Part shown: positions 54,208-63,971 of the stretch, in pieces
How positions within the stretch are numbered: the stretch's first letter is position 1
Layout of the letters: each line of letters opens with the position of its first letter
Program-made: the position numbers and the translations under genes
The notes under the pieces: generated by a model
Told to the model about the DNA's origin: nothing
Databases searched by the model: none
Seen by the model: only the letters and a program-made list of their open reading frames with translations
Origin: an uncultured Candidatus Saccharibacteria bacterium
Lineage (GTDB): Bacteria; Patescibacteriota; Doudnabacteria; UBA920; O2-02-FULL-48-8
Assembly: GCA_964605735.1 (NCBI GenBank)
Contig: CAZSDS010000001.1
Coordinates: 406,559 to 470,558, forward strand
DNA: 64,000 nucleotides
Reading direction: 5' to 3'

Positions 54208-57200
54208 CTATTTTTCAATGGCTAATTTAATAACCTTGCCGTCGAGGCTTACTGGTTCTTCGTTCTCGAGATTTTTGGCTGAAACTTCCTTAACAAAGGT
54301 CTTTTTACGGTCAAAAAGATCCATGGCTTTTGCCAGTTCTTCATCAGAAGTATCATAAGCCAAATTAACCATTTCGCCAACCTTTAAGCCGGACTTTTTG
54401 CGCATATCCTGGACAATTCTTTCAAGGTTGCGGGCCAAGCCTTCCAGCTTCAATTCAGGGCTGATTTCCGTATCCAGATACAGATGCTGGACATACCTGG
54501 TACCGGCATATGTTTTCACAAGCTCACCGGATTGGCTGACAAGCTTATCGTCAACCAACTTTACGTTTACTTCTGAAGCCAGAATTGCGGCCAGTTCGGG
54601 ACTCAATTGCACATCAGCTTTTGTCTGAACTGCCAGTCTTGATAATGGCTGGCGGATAGGCAAACCCAATTCTTTTCTCGCGTTTAAGGCAACACTGGCC
54701 GCTTCCCGGACAGCTTCCATTGCCGCGAGCAGTTCAGTTTCATCTGCGGACAAAGTCCTGGTCTCCGGCCATACTGCCAAGTGCACAGACTCTGCGTCAT
54801 TTTCCTGCCTCAGAACCTGCCAGATGTTTTCTGCCAGAAACGGCGTAAACGGCGCCATAAGCAAGCTCAGGGTCTTCAATACCTTATACAGGGTTTGATA
54901 AACTGCCGGACCTTTGCGTTCGCGGGAGCGGCGGACATACCAGGTGGAAAGCTCATTGATGAAATCTTCAATGCTCCTGGACGCTCGGAATGCGTCAAAA
55001 TTATCCAAGCTTTCAGTCACTGAGTTAACCAGCTCCTGCGTCTTTGCCAAGATCCACTGATCCAACACATCCAAAGCATCAGTTTCTTTCTCTGACGGTG
55101 TCCATTTATCAAAACTCGAGTAAGTCACAAAGAAGCTGAGCACGTTCCACAATGTCAGGAAATTCTTGCGTACAATCAGATCAAGGTCGCGCTCTGCAAA
55201 CAATTTGGAATCGCCGGGCTGGTTGATCGAATACATATACCAGCGCACTGCATCCACTCCCTGCTTGTTCATCGGTTCCCAAGGATCAATGATGTTGCCT
55301 TTGGACTTGCTCATCTTTAAACCTTTTTCGTCAAGCAAGTGCCCCAGACAGATGACGTGCTTGTATGCAGGGCCTTTGCCTAAGATGGTTGAAATGGCCA
55401 GCAGAGTATAAAACCAACCCCGAGTCTGGTCAATTGCCTCTGAAATGAAATCAGCCGGAAACTGCTGGCGGGCCAGGTTGGCATTTTCAAACGGGGCGTG
55501 CCATTGGGCGTACGGCATGGCGCCTGAATCAAACCACACATCCAAGACAGACGGCACGCGCTTGGAATCATTGCCACAATAAGGACATGGCAAAACCACT
55601 TCGTCAATGTAAGGGCGATGCAAATCAGTAAGGCCTAGCTCTATTTGGGTAAACTCCCCCACCTGCGGATAATGGTTGGCAACATCATAGTACTGGTTCA
55701 TCAACCAAATGACATCTCCGTGCGTCACCAGCAAAATCTTCTTGCCGTTGTGCTTGGAATTCAGTTCGCTGACAAAATCAAGCATGCGGGTCTGAAGATC
55801 CATATAGGATTCCCCGCCCTCTGGCGCCTCCTGCCATCTTCTCTGCACTGGCCAGTCTTTATGGTACTCTTCCAATTTTTTGCCGTTGTACACGCCAGTA
55901 TTGAATTCCCTTAATCGCGGGTCAAATTGGACTTCAACTCCCAAAATCTTTCCTGCAATTTCAGCAGTTTGCTTGGTTCTCACCAAATCAGAGGCAAAAA
56001 TCATATCCACACCACCTAATGCTTTGATTTTTTCACCCAGTTCATGAGCTTGTTTTTCACCTAGTTCGGTCAGTGGCATTGGCGTGGTTTCCGGATAATG
56101 CATATGGATTCCCTGCACCACGTTTTGCGCCTCACCGTGCCGGGCAATATAAAAGTGGTTTTTGTTCAGCTTCAGCTCATCAACACTGCCGATTATCTGG
56201 TGTTTTTTGCAGTGTTCGCATTTCCAAATCGGCAGAGGTGTGCCCCAGTATCTTTCGCGGGAAATTGCCCAATCCTTGATCTCTGCCAGCCAATTTCCAA
56301 AACGGCCATATTTAATGTGGCTTGGATTCCAGGTAATTTGTTCATTGTTTTTGATCAGGTCTTCGCGCAGCTGGCTCATTTTTATAAACCAGGATTCGCG
56401 GGCGTAATACAACAGCGGGGTGTCACAGCGCCAGCAATGCGGATATTCGTGCTCATACTTCTCTTTTCTTGCGAAATTTCCGTGCGACTTCAGGTGGCCG
56501 AAAATTTTGCCTTCCGTGGCTTCGTCCTTTACATACATTCCGGCCAGTTCTTTGACTTCAGGCACAAATAATCCGGCATCATTAACCGTATGGATTTTCG
56601 GCAGGCCGACTTTTTCTCCCAACTGGTAATCGTCCTCACCATAAACCACTGCTGTGTGCACTACTCCGGTTCCGTCTGTGGTTGTGACAAAGTCAGCGTC
56701 ATAGATTTTATATGACTGCGGCGTTTTCAGGAATTCCACTTCAAACAGCGGTTCGTATTCCAGGCCAAGCAGGTCTTTGCCCTTCATGCTGGCAACCACC
56801 TCCGGGTTTTCACCTGCAGCTTCCAATCTTTCCTTGGCTAAAATCCAAAACTCATCTCCAACTTTGACTTTTGCGTATTCAATGTCTTTGCCTACGGCCA
56901 AGGCCACGTTCCCCGGCAAGGTCCACGGCGTGGTGGTCCAGGACAGGATGTAGGTATTTTCCTGGTTTTTTAGTTTAAATTTTACGTAAACCGAGTTGTC
57001 TTTTACGGTTTTGTATCCTTGAGCCACCTCATGCGAAGAAAGCGCGGTGCCGCAGCGAGTGCAGTAAGGCAGAACTTTGTGGCCGAGATAAACCAGATCT
57101 TTGTCCCAAGCCTGCTTGAGAATATTCCAGATGGATTCAATGTACTTGTTGTGGTAAGTGATGTACGGGTTTTTCATGTCCACCCAGTAACCCATGCGGT

Positions 57201-57624
57201 GGGTCAGCTTTTCCCAATCATCCTTGTATTCCCAGACAGACTGTTTGCACAAACGGTTGAATTCAATGATTGACTCGCGGACAGTCGGGCGGATGGATTC
57301 AATCTGTTTTTTTCCGGAAATCTGGAGTTTTTTTTCAATTTGAAGCTCAACAGGCAAACCGTGCGTATCCCAGCCAGCTTTTCTGTTTACAAATCTGCCA
57401 CGCATTGTCTGGTAACGAGGAATCAGATCCTTGAAGGCACGGGCTTCCACGTGGTGCAGTGCTGGTTTGGCGTTGGCAGTTGGAGGGCCTTCGAAAAAGA
57501 CAAAAGGTTTGCCATCTTTGGTTTGTTCCAGGCTTTTTTCAAAAATTTTGTTGTCTTCCCAGAACTTAAGGACGTTTTCTTCCATCTCCGGAAAGTTGGG
57601 TTTTGGATTAAATTCTTTGTTCAT
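54208..57624 (-). CDS. ileS: isoleucine--tRNA ligase carrying an inserted histidine-phosphatase (phosphoglycerate-mutase-like) domain
   Basis: HIGH-type (PTANAKPALHH) and KMSKS motifs, CP1 editing domain, type-2-like C-terminus. Start taken at MNKEFNPKP. Listed ORF extends to 57678. Confidence 0.9.
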   Translation of the reverse strand: MNKEFNPKPNFPEMEENVLKFWEDNKIFEKSLEQTKDGKPFVFFEGPPTANAKPALHHVEARAFKDLIPRYQTMRGRFVNRKAGWDTHGLPVELQIEKKLQISGKKQIESIRPTVRESIIEFNRLCKQSVWEYKDDWEKLTHRMGYWVDMKNPYITYHNKYIESIWNILKQAWDKDLVYLGHKVLPYCTRCGTALSSHEVAQGYKTVKDNSVYVKFKLKNQENTYILSWTTTPWTLPGNVALAVGKDIEYAKVKVGDEFWILAKERLEAAGENPEVVASMKGKDLLGLEYEPLFEVEFLKTPQSYKIYDADFVTTTDGTGVVHTAVVYGEDDYQLGEKVGLPKIHTVNDAGLFVPEVKELAGMYVKDEATEGKIFGHLKSHGNFARKEKYEHEYPHCWRCDTPLLYYARESWFIKMSQLREDLIKNNEQITWNPSHIKYGRFGNWLAEIKDWAISRERYWGTPLPIWKCEHCKKHQIIGSVDELKLNKNHFYIARHGEAQNVVQGIHMHYPETTPMPLTELGEKQAHELGEKIKALGGVDMIFASDLVRTKQTAEIAGKILGVEVQFDPRLREFNTGVYNGKKLEEYHKDWPVQRRWQEAPEGGESYMDLQTRMLDFVSELNSKHNGKKILLVTHGDVIWLMNQYYDVANHYPQVGEFTQIELGLTDLHRPYIDEVVLPCPYCGNDSKRVPSVLDVWFDSGAMPYAQWHAPFENANLARQQFPADFISEAIDQTRGWFYTLLAISTILGKGPAYKHVICLGHLLDEKGLKMSKSKGNIIDPWEPMNKQGVDAVRWYMYSINQPGDSKLFAERDLDLIVRKNFLTLWNVLSFFVTYSSFDKWTPSEKETDALDVLDQWILAKTQELVNSVTESLDNFDAFRASRSIEDFINELSTWYVRRSRERKGPAVYQTLYKVLKTLSLLMAPFTPFLAENIWQVLRQENDAESVHLAVWPETRTLSADETELLAAMEAVREAASVALNARKELGLPIRQPLSRLAVQTKADVQLSPELAAILASEVNVKLVDDKLVSQSGELVKTYAGTRYVQHLYLDTEISPELKLEGLARNLERIVQDMRKKSGLKVGEMVNLAYDTSDEELAKAMDLFDRKKTFVKEVSAKNLENEEPVSLDGKVIKLAIEK
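55618..56157 (-). other. Histidine phosphatase superfamily (branch 1, PGM/SixA-like) domain inserted inside IleRS between the WKCEHC and CPYCGN zinc-knuckle halves
   Basis: IARHGEAQ (RHGE catalytic motif) ... LTELGEKQAHELG ... FASDLVRTKQTAEI ... DPRLREFNTG ... PEGGESYMDL ... ILLVTHGDVIWLM: all hallmark blocks of the histidine phosphatase fold, in-frame within ileS. Confidence 0.7.
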
Positions 57625-57640
57625 ACTTCCCTTATCTTTG

Positions 57641-57697
57641 GGGAGCAGGTCGTTCCGCTCGGCGCACGCTAATCGCAAGCACCTCGCCGGAACGAAC
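57641..57697 (-). promoter_or_regulatory. Long imperfect hairpin (~21 bp stem) immediately upstream of the ileS RBS
   Basis: GGGAGCAGGTCGTTCCGCTCGGCG ... CGCCGGAACGAACCTGCTCCC. Ends about 10 nt before AAGGGAAGT-ATG. Confidence 0.5.
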
Positions 57698-57961
57698 CTG
57701 CTCCCACACCAATTGCTAAATAAATAATTTAATAAAAACTTTTAAGGCACCTTGAGCTAACTGTGTAAAATAAAAAAGCCTGTTGCTTGCGATCCCTTGA
57801 ACTAAGGGAGGTGCCATCGCAATTCCAAAAAAGGCTCTCGCTTATGCTTTTTTACGTTAAGCGCAACGGGCAGGTCTACTTATTTCTTCTGCCAGCTCCC
57901 TTTTGGGATTCCGGTTGATAGCCGGTCTGCCTCGCCAGAGGCAAGCTTTTTGAATGCCTAA

Positions 57962-57990
57962 ATTATACCACAAATCCCAAAATCTGTTAA
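57962..57990 (-). promoter_or_regulatory. ileS promoter (near-consensus, extended -10)
   Basis: Minus strand: TTAACA, 17 nt, TGGTATAAT. Gives a ~330-nt untranslated leader. Confidence 0.55.
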
Positions 57991-57993
57991 ACT

Positions 57994-58449
57994 TTGTATA
58001 TGCCAAGTCTAGCCTCCAACAAAAAAGCTTTCCACACCTACTCTATTGAAGATTCTCTAGAGGCTGGCATTGTCTTGGAAGGACCAGAGGTGAAAAGCGC
58101 AAGAAATGGCCAAGTCAGTTTAAGTGGCGCTTACGTGACCATCAAAGGCGGCGAAGCCTATTTAAAGAATGCCTTTATCGCCAAATACAAAAATGCACCA
58201 CAACAAGAGCTATATAATGAATACCGCGACCGCAAACTTCTTCTCCACAAAGACCAGATATCAAAGCTGGCACACCGGCTGGATGAAAAAGGCACAGCAA
58301 TTGTTCCGCTTGAAATTTACACCAGCAAACGGCGGATTAAAGTGAAAATTGCAGTTGGAAAAGGTAAAAAGCAATTCGACAAACGCGCAACCATTAAAGA
58401 AAAAGAATCCAAACGAAAAATTGATCGAACCTTGCGCCAAAGAGTCTAA
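57994..58449 (+). CDS. smpB: SsrA-binding protein
   Basis: SmpB signature (KSARNGQVSLSGAYVTIKGGEAYL...KLLLHKDQISKL...GKGKKQFDKR). Confidence 0.9.
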   Translation: MYMPSLASNKKAFHTYSIEDSLEAGIVLEGPEVKSARNGQVSLSGAYVTIKGGEAYLKNAFIAKYKNAPQQELYNEYRDRKLLLHKDQISKLAHRLDEKGTAIVPLEIYTSKRRIKVKIAVGKGKKQFDKRATIKEKESKRKIDRTLRQRV

Positions 58450-58461
58450 AAAAACACCTTC

Positions 58462-59514
58462 TCAGGTGTTTTTTTCAACTCCAGCGACTGTGGTGGATAT
58501 GCTGATAATGCTGTTGTAAAGTGCGACCTGGCTTAAGGCGCGTGCTTTATTGTGCGCCTTCCTGCTCTTATATTTAGTTTCATCCCAGCCAAAATACGAA
58601 TCCTCAACATAGTCATTAAGGAAGCGCGTAGCAAGCCCAAGAATAATGTAAGTAACTGCCTGAGGAATAAGTCTGTATTCCCGCTCAGAAAGATAGCCTG
58701 TTGCTTGTAATCTATACCCTTCCAAAAAGGCGTTGGCTATTTCTAAGTTAAACGAATTGGCAGGATCATCTTCCTTTTTTCCGCACCACGAGCGCAGTGC
58801 ATCTCCCAAATCATACAAAGGACTTAACTTCTGTATGGTATCCAGATCTATCATACAAATCGCTTCTTTGTTTTCATTGAATACAAAGTTCGATATCTTA
58901 GGATCAGCATGGATAATCCTAAGCGGCAAATCAGAAGGTAAGGCCAGTTTTGGCAGCGCGTTCAGTATAAGCTCAGTTGCCTCTCGCACAGCAGGGTCTT
59001 CGTCAGAAAGAAGCTGGTCTTTGTATTTTTTCAACTTGGATATTTCATTTTCATATCTAAAAGATTTGCGGCCATCTTCAAGCGGCTTTGGGTACTTTGT
59101 CATTGCCAGGTGAAACTCTGCCAGTTTTCTGCCTGCCTCATAGGCCAGCTCAGGATCGTTAGTCTGGTTGAAAATTTTACCTTTTACGCCTCGGAGCAAA
59201 CGCCAGCGCCAGCCGGTCAGTTCACTATCCTCCACCCAGATACAGTCTGATTTTGTCTTAACCAGACTTTGGGCTGCCATGCCTAATCCCTTTAGATATT
59301 CTGTTACGTTCAAATAATTATGCATTGCCCCATCCATTGATACAGCAGGGTGAACAAACTGCAGCACGTATAAATCAGAATCATTTTTCCCCACATGGAA
59401 AAGAAAGACTTTGTTAACCAAGCCATGAGTTTGCTCGTGGAGTTCCACTTTATCCAGATTTATTCCTGGTATGTCCCAGTTACCAAGAATTGATTTTGGG
59501 TCAATGTCAGTCAT
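58462..59514 (-). CDS. phosphotransferase enzyme family (APH/choline-kinase-like) protein
   Basis: Brenner motif region IIHADPKISNF and DLDT. Start taken at MTDIDPK. Listed ORF extends to 59679 into the repeat. Confidence 0.55.
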   Translation of the reverse strand: MTDIDPKSILGNWDIPGINLDKVELHEQTHGLVNKVFLFHVGKNDSDLYVLQFVHPAVSMDGAMHNYLNVTEYLKGLGMAAQSLVKTKSDCIWVEDSELTGWRWRLLRGVKGKIFNQTNDPELAYEAGRKLAEFHLAMTKYPKPLEDGRKSFRYENEISKLKKYKDQLLSDEDPAVREATELILNALPKLALPSDLPLRIIHADPKISNFVFNENKEAICMIDLDTIQKLSPLYDLGDALRSWCGKKEDDPANSFNLEIANAFLEGYRLQATGYLSEREYRLIPQAVTYIILGLATRFLNDYVEDSYFGWDETKYKSRKAHNKARALSQVALYNSIISISTTVAGVEKNT

Positions 59515-59618
59515 TACCGTAAAGTATACTTTATGCCAAGATTTTCCCGCAAATTGCTTAAAAAATGCACAAAAAACCGCATCTCTGCGGTTATATACAA
59601 TTTTTTTTGGTGGAGCAG

Positions 59619-59724
59619 AACTGATCAGGTGCCTGCCTGCCGTCAGGCAGGGAAAATTGCTGCTTGTCCGCCGAAGCACTAAGCGCGAAGGTGGATGGCT
59701 TTAGTTAGCCAAATTATAAAGCTC
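59619..59724. repeat. 106-bp noncoding repeat, copy 1 (105/106 identical to 63766..63871)
   Basis: GGTGGAGCAGAACTGATCAGGTGCCTGCCTGCCGTCAGGCAGGGAAAATTGCTGCTTGTCCGCCGAAGCACTAAGCGCGAAGGTGGATGGCTTTAGTTAGCCAAAT. Contains a perfect 8-bp hairpin CCTGCCTG-CCGT-CAGGCAGG. Partial similarity continues ~50 bp to the right. Confidence 0.8.
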
Positions 59725-59782
59725 TGGTGAATTCTAACAGTTCTAGCTCTGGATCCAGCCTAGCTTCCTCAAACCATTTCAT

Positions 59783-62479
59783 CTATGCAAGCTTAACTTT
59801 TTCAAAGGTTATTTTTTGTGCTTTGCTATCATAAACAGCTTCAGCCTTATCGCCCTCAGTAATTTTCCCTGACAGCATCTCTCGAGCAAGTTCAGTCTCA
59901 ATCTCGGATTGAATTTTCCGTTTCAATTCTCGCGCACCAAACTCGGGCGTATAGCTTTCCTCTGAAATTTTTTCAACAACCGGTTGAGTAAAAATCAATT
60001 CAATGCCTTGTCCGCGGGCAGTCTGTCGGACCCGCTCTAACTGCAGAGTGGTGATTAATTTGATCTGCTCTTTTGTAAGCGCGTGGAAAATGATGATTTC
60101 ATCTATGCGATTTAAAAATTCGGGACGGAACCGTAAACGCAATGTTTCCATTAAGCTCTCCTTTAACTGTTCAGTTGATTTTTGCTCTTGCTTTTTAGCG
60201 GTAAGATTGCTTTGAATAATATCAGACCCAATATTACTCGTGGCAATAATAATCGTATTAGTGAAATCAACCAGCCGTCCCTTACCGTCGGTTAATCGAC
60301 CGTCATCAAATATTTGCAACAAAATATTATAAACATCGGGGTGAGCTTTTTCGATTTCATCTAAAAGAATGACACTATACGGGCGTCTTCGTACCGCCTC
60401 AGTCAACTGACCACCCTCCTCGTAGCCGACATATCCTGGCGGTGCTCCGACCAGCCGAGAAACTGCATGTCGTTCCATGTATTCACTCATGTCAATCCTG
60501 ATCATCGCATCTTCATCTCCAAAAACTGTCCATGCCAGGGCTTTGGCTAACTCTGTTTTTCCAACTCCTGTTGGGCCTAAAAACATAAAATTTGCAATCG
60601 GTCTGTCTTTGGCCGAAAGACCCGCTCGGGATCTTCTAATGGCATCAGAAACAGATACCACAGCCTGATCCTGCCCAATCACCCGCTCGTGTAATTTTTT
60701 CTCTAATTGCAGAAGCTTGTCTCTCTCTTCTTGGGTTAGCTCATAAACTGGGATACCTGTGATTTTTGAAACCACTTGTGCGATATGCTCTTTAGTAACT
60801 TCTGCGGTGGTAACGCCTTTTTGTTTGCGCCAAGCACTTTCTTTTTCTCCTCGAGTAATTTCCATTTTTTTAATTTGAGCCTCCTGCTTTTTAGCAGTAT
60901 CAAATTGTTTATGACCTACAGCGTAATCATGTTCTCTTTTGAGCTTAGTAATCTCATCATCGATTTGTTTAACCGCTTCCGGTCGGGAGGAGATGGTGAT
61001 TCTAACTCTGGATGCGGCCTGATCTATAAGATCGATGGCTTTATCAGGCAGAAATCGATTACTTATGTATCTATTTGATAATTCAGCGGCTGCGACAATG
61101 GCTTCGTCGCTGATTTTAACCTTGTGATGAGCTTCATAACGGTCACGAAGTCCGCGCAAAATTTCAATTGTTTGTTCAATTGTTGGCTCACTAACAAATA
61201 CTGGCTGGAATCTTCTTTCTAAGGCAGCATCCTTTTCAATATGCTTCTGGTATTCGCTTAATGTTGTAGCGCCAATAAGATGCAACTCTCCCCGGGCCAA
61301 GTGCGGTTTAATTACATTCGAAGCACTTAAGCCACCTTCATCTCCCATGCCACCGGCGCCGACAATAGTGTGCAACTCATCGATAAATAAAACCAACTCA
61401 TCTTTATGAGCTACGACTTCGTCCAGAACCTGTTTAATACGCTCTTCAAATTCCCCGCGGTATTTGGACCCTGCCACCATAGAATTTAAACTAAGCTCCA
61501 GCACTCGTTTATTTTTCAATGTCTCCGGCACTTGGTCTTGAATCACGCGTTGAGCTAATCCCTCTACAATGGCGGTTTTACCAACACCTGGTTCTCCAAT
61601 TAAGACAGGGTTATTTTTTGAGCGTCTGGAAAGTATTTCAATTGTCGTTTCAATCTCTTCAGCACGCCCAATCACAGGGTCAAGTTTGTTGTTACGCGCC
61701 AACTGGGTCAAATCACGGGAATATTTATCCAAAGTTGGGGTGGTCGTATGAGTTTCTACTCTGCCTTCCGCAGCACCTCGCCCGACAATTTTAACTATTT
61801 TTTGCCGCAAAGCTTCCGGTGTCAGTCCATATCTTCGCAGTAAATCCCCAGCCATGCCTTCGTCTTCAATTAAAAGTGACAATAATAAATGCTCAGGGCC
61901 AATATAATTATGTCCAAGTTCGTTGGCTGACTGAAAAGCAATTTCAAGTACTGTCTTAATGCGGGGGGAAATACTTAACTGAACGGTTTGGCCTTTTTCG
62001 GTCTTAAAGTTACCTTTCGGACTATTATTCTCAATAAAACTTTTGATATCGTCCGAATTTATTTTGAACTGTTTGTAAAGCTCTTTCACAACATCACTGT
62101 CCGAAATTGAATGCAAGAGATGTTCTGTATCAACTTCATCACGATTAAATTTAACTGCGGTTTGTGCGGCGTTTTGAATAAGCTCCTTGGTGTGGTCAGA
62201 AAGATATTGATCAATATCCACCGCCTCCCTATGACGAGGCAATGGGTAGCCTATGCGGGACGATAGATTTTCGAAATCATCGCCAAAATCCGAGAATAAA
62301 TCATTTAAGCCATTATTCTGGGAAAACATCCGTTCAAGTGGAGATCCTGCCTGTTGGCTCTGGAGTCTTCTTAAGTCCAGACTGCAAACACTAATCGTTT
62401 CTCTAATCCCATTTCGAATAACTGCGACTTGGTTAGTTGCCGGTCTTATTCCGCAAATATCACAAATCCGTTCAACCAT
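59783..62479 (-). CDS. clpC: ATP-dependent Clp protease ATP-binding subunit ClpC (two AAA+ modules, UVR-like linker) with Cys-rich N-terminal extension
   Basis: Two Walker A sites ([16 protein letters not shown]), Clp_N repeats, UVR motif in the middle domain, ClpB/ClpC signatures. N-terminal ICDICG...VC zinc-ribbon-like extension. Confidence 0.9.
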   Translation of the reverse strand: MVERICDICGIRPATNQVAVIRNGIRETISVCSLDLRRLQSQQAGSPLERMFSQNNGLNDLFSDFGDDFENLSSRIGYPLPRHREAVDIDQYLSDHTKELIQNAAQTAVKFNRDEVDTEHLLHSISDSDVVKELYKQFKINSDDIKSFIENNSPKGNFKTEKGQTVQLSISPRIKTVLEIAFQSANELGHNYIGPEHLLLSLLIEDEGMAGDLLRRYGLTPEALRQKIVKIVGRGAAEGRVETHTTTPTLDKYSRDLTQLARNNKLDPVIGRAEEIETTIEILSRRSKNNPVLIGEPGVGKTAIVEGLAQRVIQDQVPETLKNKRVLELSLNSMVAGSKYRGEFEERIKQVLDEVVAHKDELVLFIDELHTIVGAGGMGDEGGLSASNVIKPHLARGELHLIGATTLSEYQKHIEKDAALERRFQPVFVSEPTIEQTIEILRGLRDRYEAHHKVKISDEAIVAAAELSNRYISNRFLPDKAIDLIDQAASRVRITISSRPEAVKQIDDEITKLKREHDYAVGHKQFDTAKKQEAQIKKMEITRGEKESAWRKQKGVTTAEVTKEHIAQVVSKITGIPVYELTQEERDKLLQLEKKLHERVIGQDQAVVSVSDAIRRSRAGLSAKDRPIANFMFLGPTGVGKTELAKALAWTVFGDEDAMIRIDMSEYMERHAVSRLVGAPPGYVGYEEGGQLTEAVRRRPYSVILLDEIEKAHPDVYNILLQIFDDGRLTDGKGRLVDFTNTIIIATSNIGSDIIQSNLTAKKQEQKSTEQLKESLMETLRLRFRPEFLNRIDEIIIFHALTKEQIKLITTLQLERVRQTARGQGIELIFTQPVVEKISEESYTPEFGARELKRKIQSEIETELAREMLSGKITEGDKAEAVYDSKAQKITFEKVKLA

Positions 62480-62500
62480 TTGTAATTCCTTTCCAATAAT

Positions 62501-63058
62501 TCATGTTTTTAATCCGGCAGCCCTTAGGGCTCGAATGAGATTTTTATAATAATATGATCCGTCGTGGCGGACACCATTAACATAAAATGTTGGTGTGCCA
62601 TTTACACCGCTTCTGACACCACTTATAAAATCTCGATCAACTTTTGTTTTGTAAATCCTGCTGGCTAAATCATTGACAAATTTATCTGCATCCAAACCCA
62701 ATGCCTGGGCATAGCGTACTAAAGATGCCTCATCTAGAGCATCTTGATGTTCAAATAATGCGTTGTGCATTTCCCAAAACTTTCCCGCAGATCCCGCAGA
62801 TTCTGATGCTTCGGAGGCTTGCTCTGCGTGGGGGTGAATTTCTGTCAGGGGAAAATGACGATAACTAAAAAGGATTTGATTGCCGTAAACTTTTAATATG
62901 TCTTTTACTATGCCATAAACCTCGCCGCAGTGCGGGCATTCAAAATCGCCATATTCCAACATGGTTATATTACTGTTCTGATTGCCAATCACATGATCGG
63001 AAGCGTCAATGGGAGTAGTAAGTTTGGCGGTAATTGCTTGTGATTGAAATACTTCCAT
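62501..63058 (-). CDS. DsbA-like thioredoxin-fold protein (no obvious signal peptide)
   Basis: CPHC active site in a YGDFECPHCGEVY context. Confidence 0.75.
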   Translation of the reverse strand: MEVFQSQAITAKLTTPIDASDHVIGNQNSNITMLEYGDFECPHCGEVYGIVKDILKVYGNQILFSYRHFPLTEIHPHAEQASEASESAGSAGKFWEMHNALFEHQDALDEASLVRYAQALGLDADKFVNDLASRIYKTKVDRDFISGVRSGVNGTPTFYVNGVRHDGSYYYKNLIRALRAAGLKT

Positions 63059-63337
63059 AGTAATAATTATCTCCTAATCTTCAACATAACCTTTCTAGAT
63101 AAACAAAGGTATGGGTGTTTTATCATATTGAATCCCAACAGGACTGCTAGTTTTTGTGCGTTTCTATCATTACATACAAAAGACCCCGCCTTTACCCTAG
63201 GTCTTGGCGGGGGTGTTTTCGTTCCTAATGTAACGGAGCCTAAATATAGCTATAAAAAGCCTTTTTTTCCATCAAAAAGTTTTTTCTCGCTTTGGTCTCA
63301 AAAATGGAAAACTAAAAAAAGCGCTAATGAAAGCTCT

Positions 63338-63583
63338 TTATTTTAGAAAATGTTTCTTCATAAAAGCTCTGCCTGATCCTGATTTCAAATATTTTTCAAA
63401 TTCTTTTGCTTGATCAGTATCAGTAAAAGCAAAATAACCAACTAATTCCCAAGGTTTAAATTTATTAGTGTGAGTTGATTGTCCAGCATTATGATACTCC
63501 AAACGCTTTTCATAATTTCCAGAATAACCGACGTAGTGTTGGTTTGGTTTTGAAATACTCTTGATTAGATAGACGTAAAACAT
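63338..63583 (-). CDS. GIY-YIG nuclease family protein (small, URI-domain)
   Basis: FYVYLIKS...HYVGYSGNYEKRLEYHN...E (GIY-YIG). Start at MFYVYL. Listed ORF extends to 63697 through structured noncoding sequence. Confidence 0.65.
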   Translation of the reverse strand: MFYVYLIKSISKPNQHYVGYSGNYEKRLEYHNAGQSTHTNKFKPWELVGYFAFTDTDQAKEFEKYLKSGSGRAFMKKHFLK

Positions 63584-63592
63584 AAAAATGCA

Positions 63593-63765
63593 ATCCTTAA
63601 AAATAGATTGCATTCTACAATAGGTCCGCCTTCGCGTAAAGCTTCCGCCTTCGTCAAGACTCCGGAGGAATAGCTTCGGCGGACAGACTTCGCCCACGAT
63701 GTTGGCAGTAATCCCAGGTGGTGAAACCAGACGTAGCTAGTCTAGCTTAATCCTGGGCGAAGTCT
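63593..63765. other. Highly structured noncoding segment adjoining repeat copy 2 (nested inverted repeats)
   Basis: Outer 9-bp IR CTTCGCCCA/TGGGCGAAG enclosing CCCAGG/CCTGGG and small hairpins (GGTGAAACC, GCTAGTCTAGC). GCTTCGGCGGACAG at ~63647 is complementary to CTTGTCCGCCGAAGC inside the repeat. Confidence 0.4.
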
Positions 63766-63871
63766 GGTGGAGCAGAACTGATCAGGTGCCTGCCTGCCGT
63801 CAGGCAGGGAAAACTGCTGCTTGTCCGCCGAAGCACTAAGCGCGAAGGTGGATGGCTTTAGTTAGCCAAAT
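63766..63871. repeat. 106-bp noncoding repeat, copy 2
   Basis: Same 106-mer as 59619..59724 with one T/C difference. Confidence 0.8.
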
Positions 63872-63942
63872 ATACCACACGTTGGTCAATTCTAGCAGTA
63901 ACCTAGCCTTAAGTCCAGTATAAAGCCTATTAGCCAAAAGCC

Positions 63943-63971
63943 TTGACAAAAGGCTGTTTTTGTGCTAATAT
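63943..63971 (+). promoter_or_regulatory. Near-consensus sigma70 promoter at window edge
   Basis: TTGACA, 17 nt, TAATAT. The downstream transcript lies outside the window. Confidence 0.5.

Noticed and set aside
57679-57993. tmRNA (ssrA) next to smpB
   Set aside because: No tRNA-like acceptor/T-arm with GGTTCGAnTCC ... CCACCA and no tag-peptide reading frame could be found in the smpB-adjacent spacer on either strand.
63700-63780. tRNA/tmRNA-like 3' end CUGCUCCACCA on the minus strand of repeat copy 2
   Set aside because: Preceding sequence lacks a T-arm (loop is GACG in a CCTGCCTG stem). The CCACCA is most likely coincidental.
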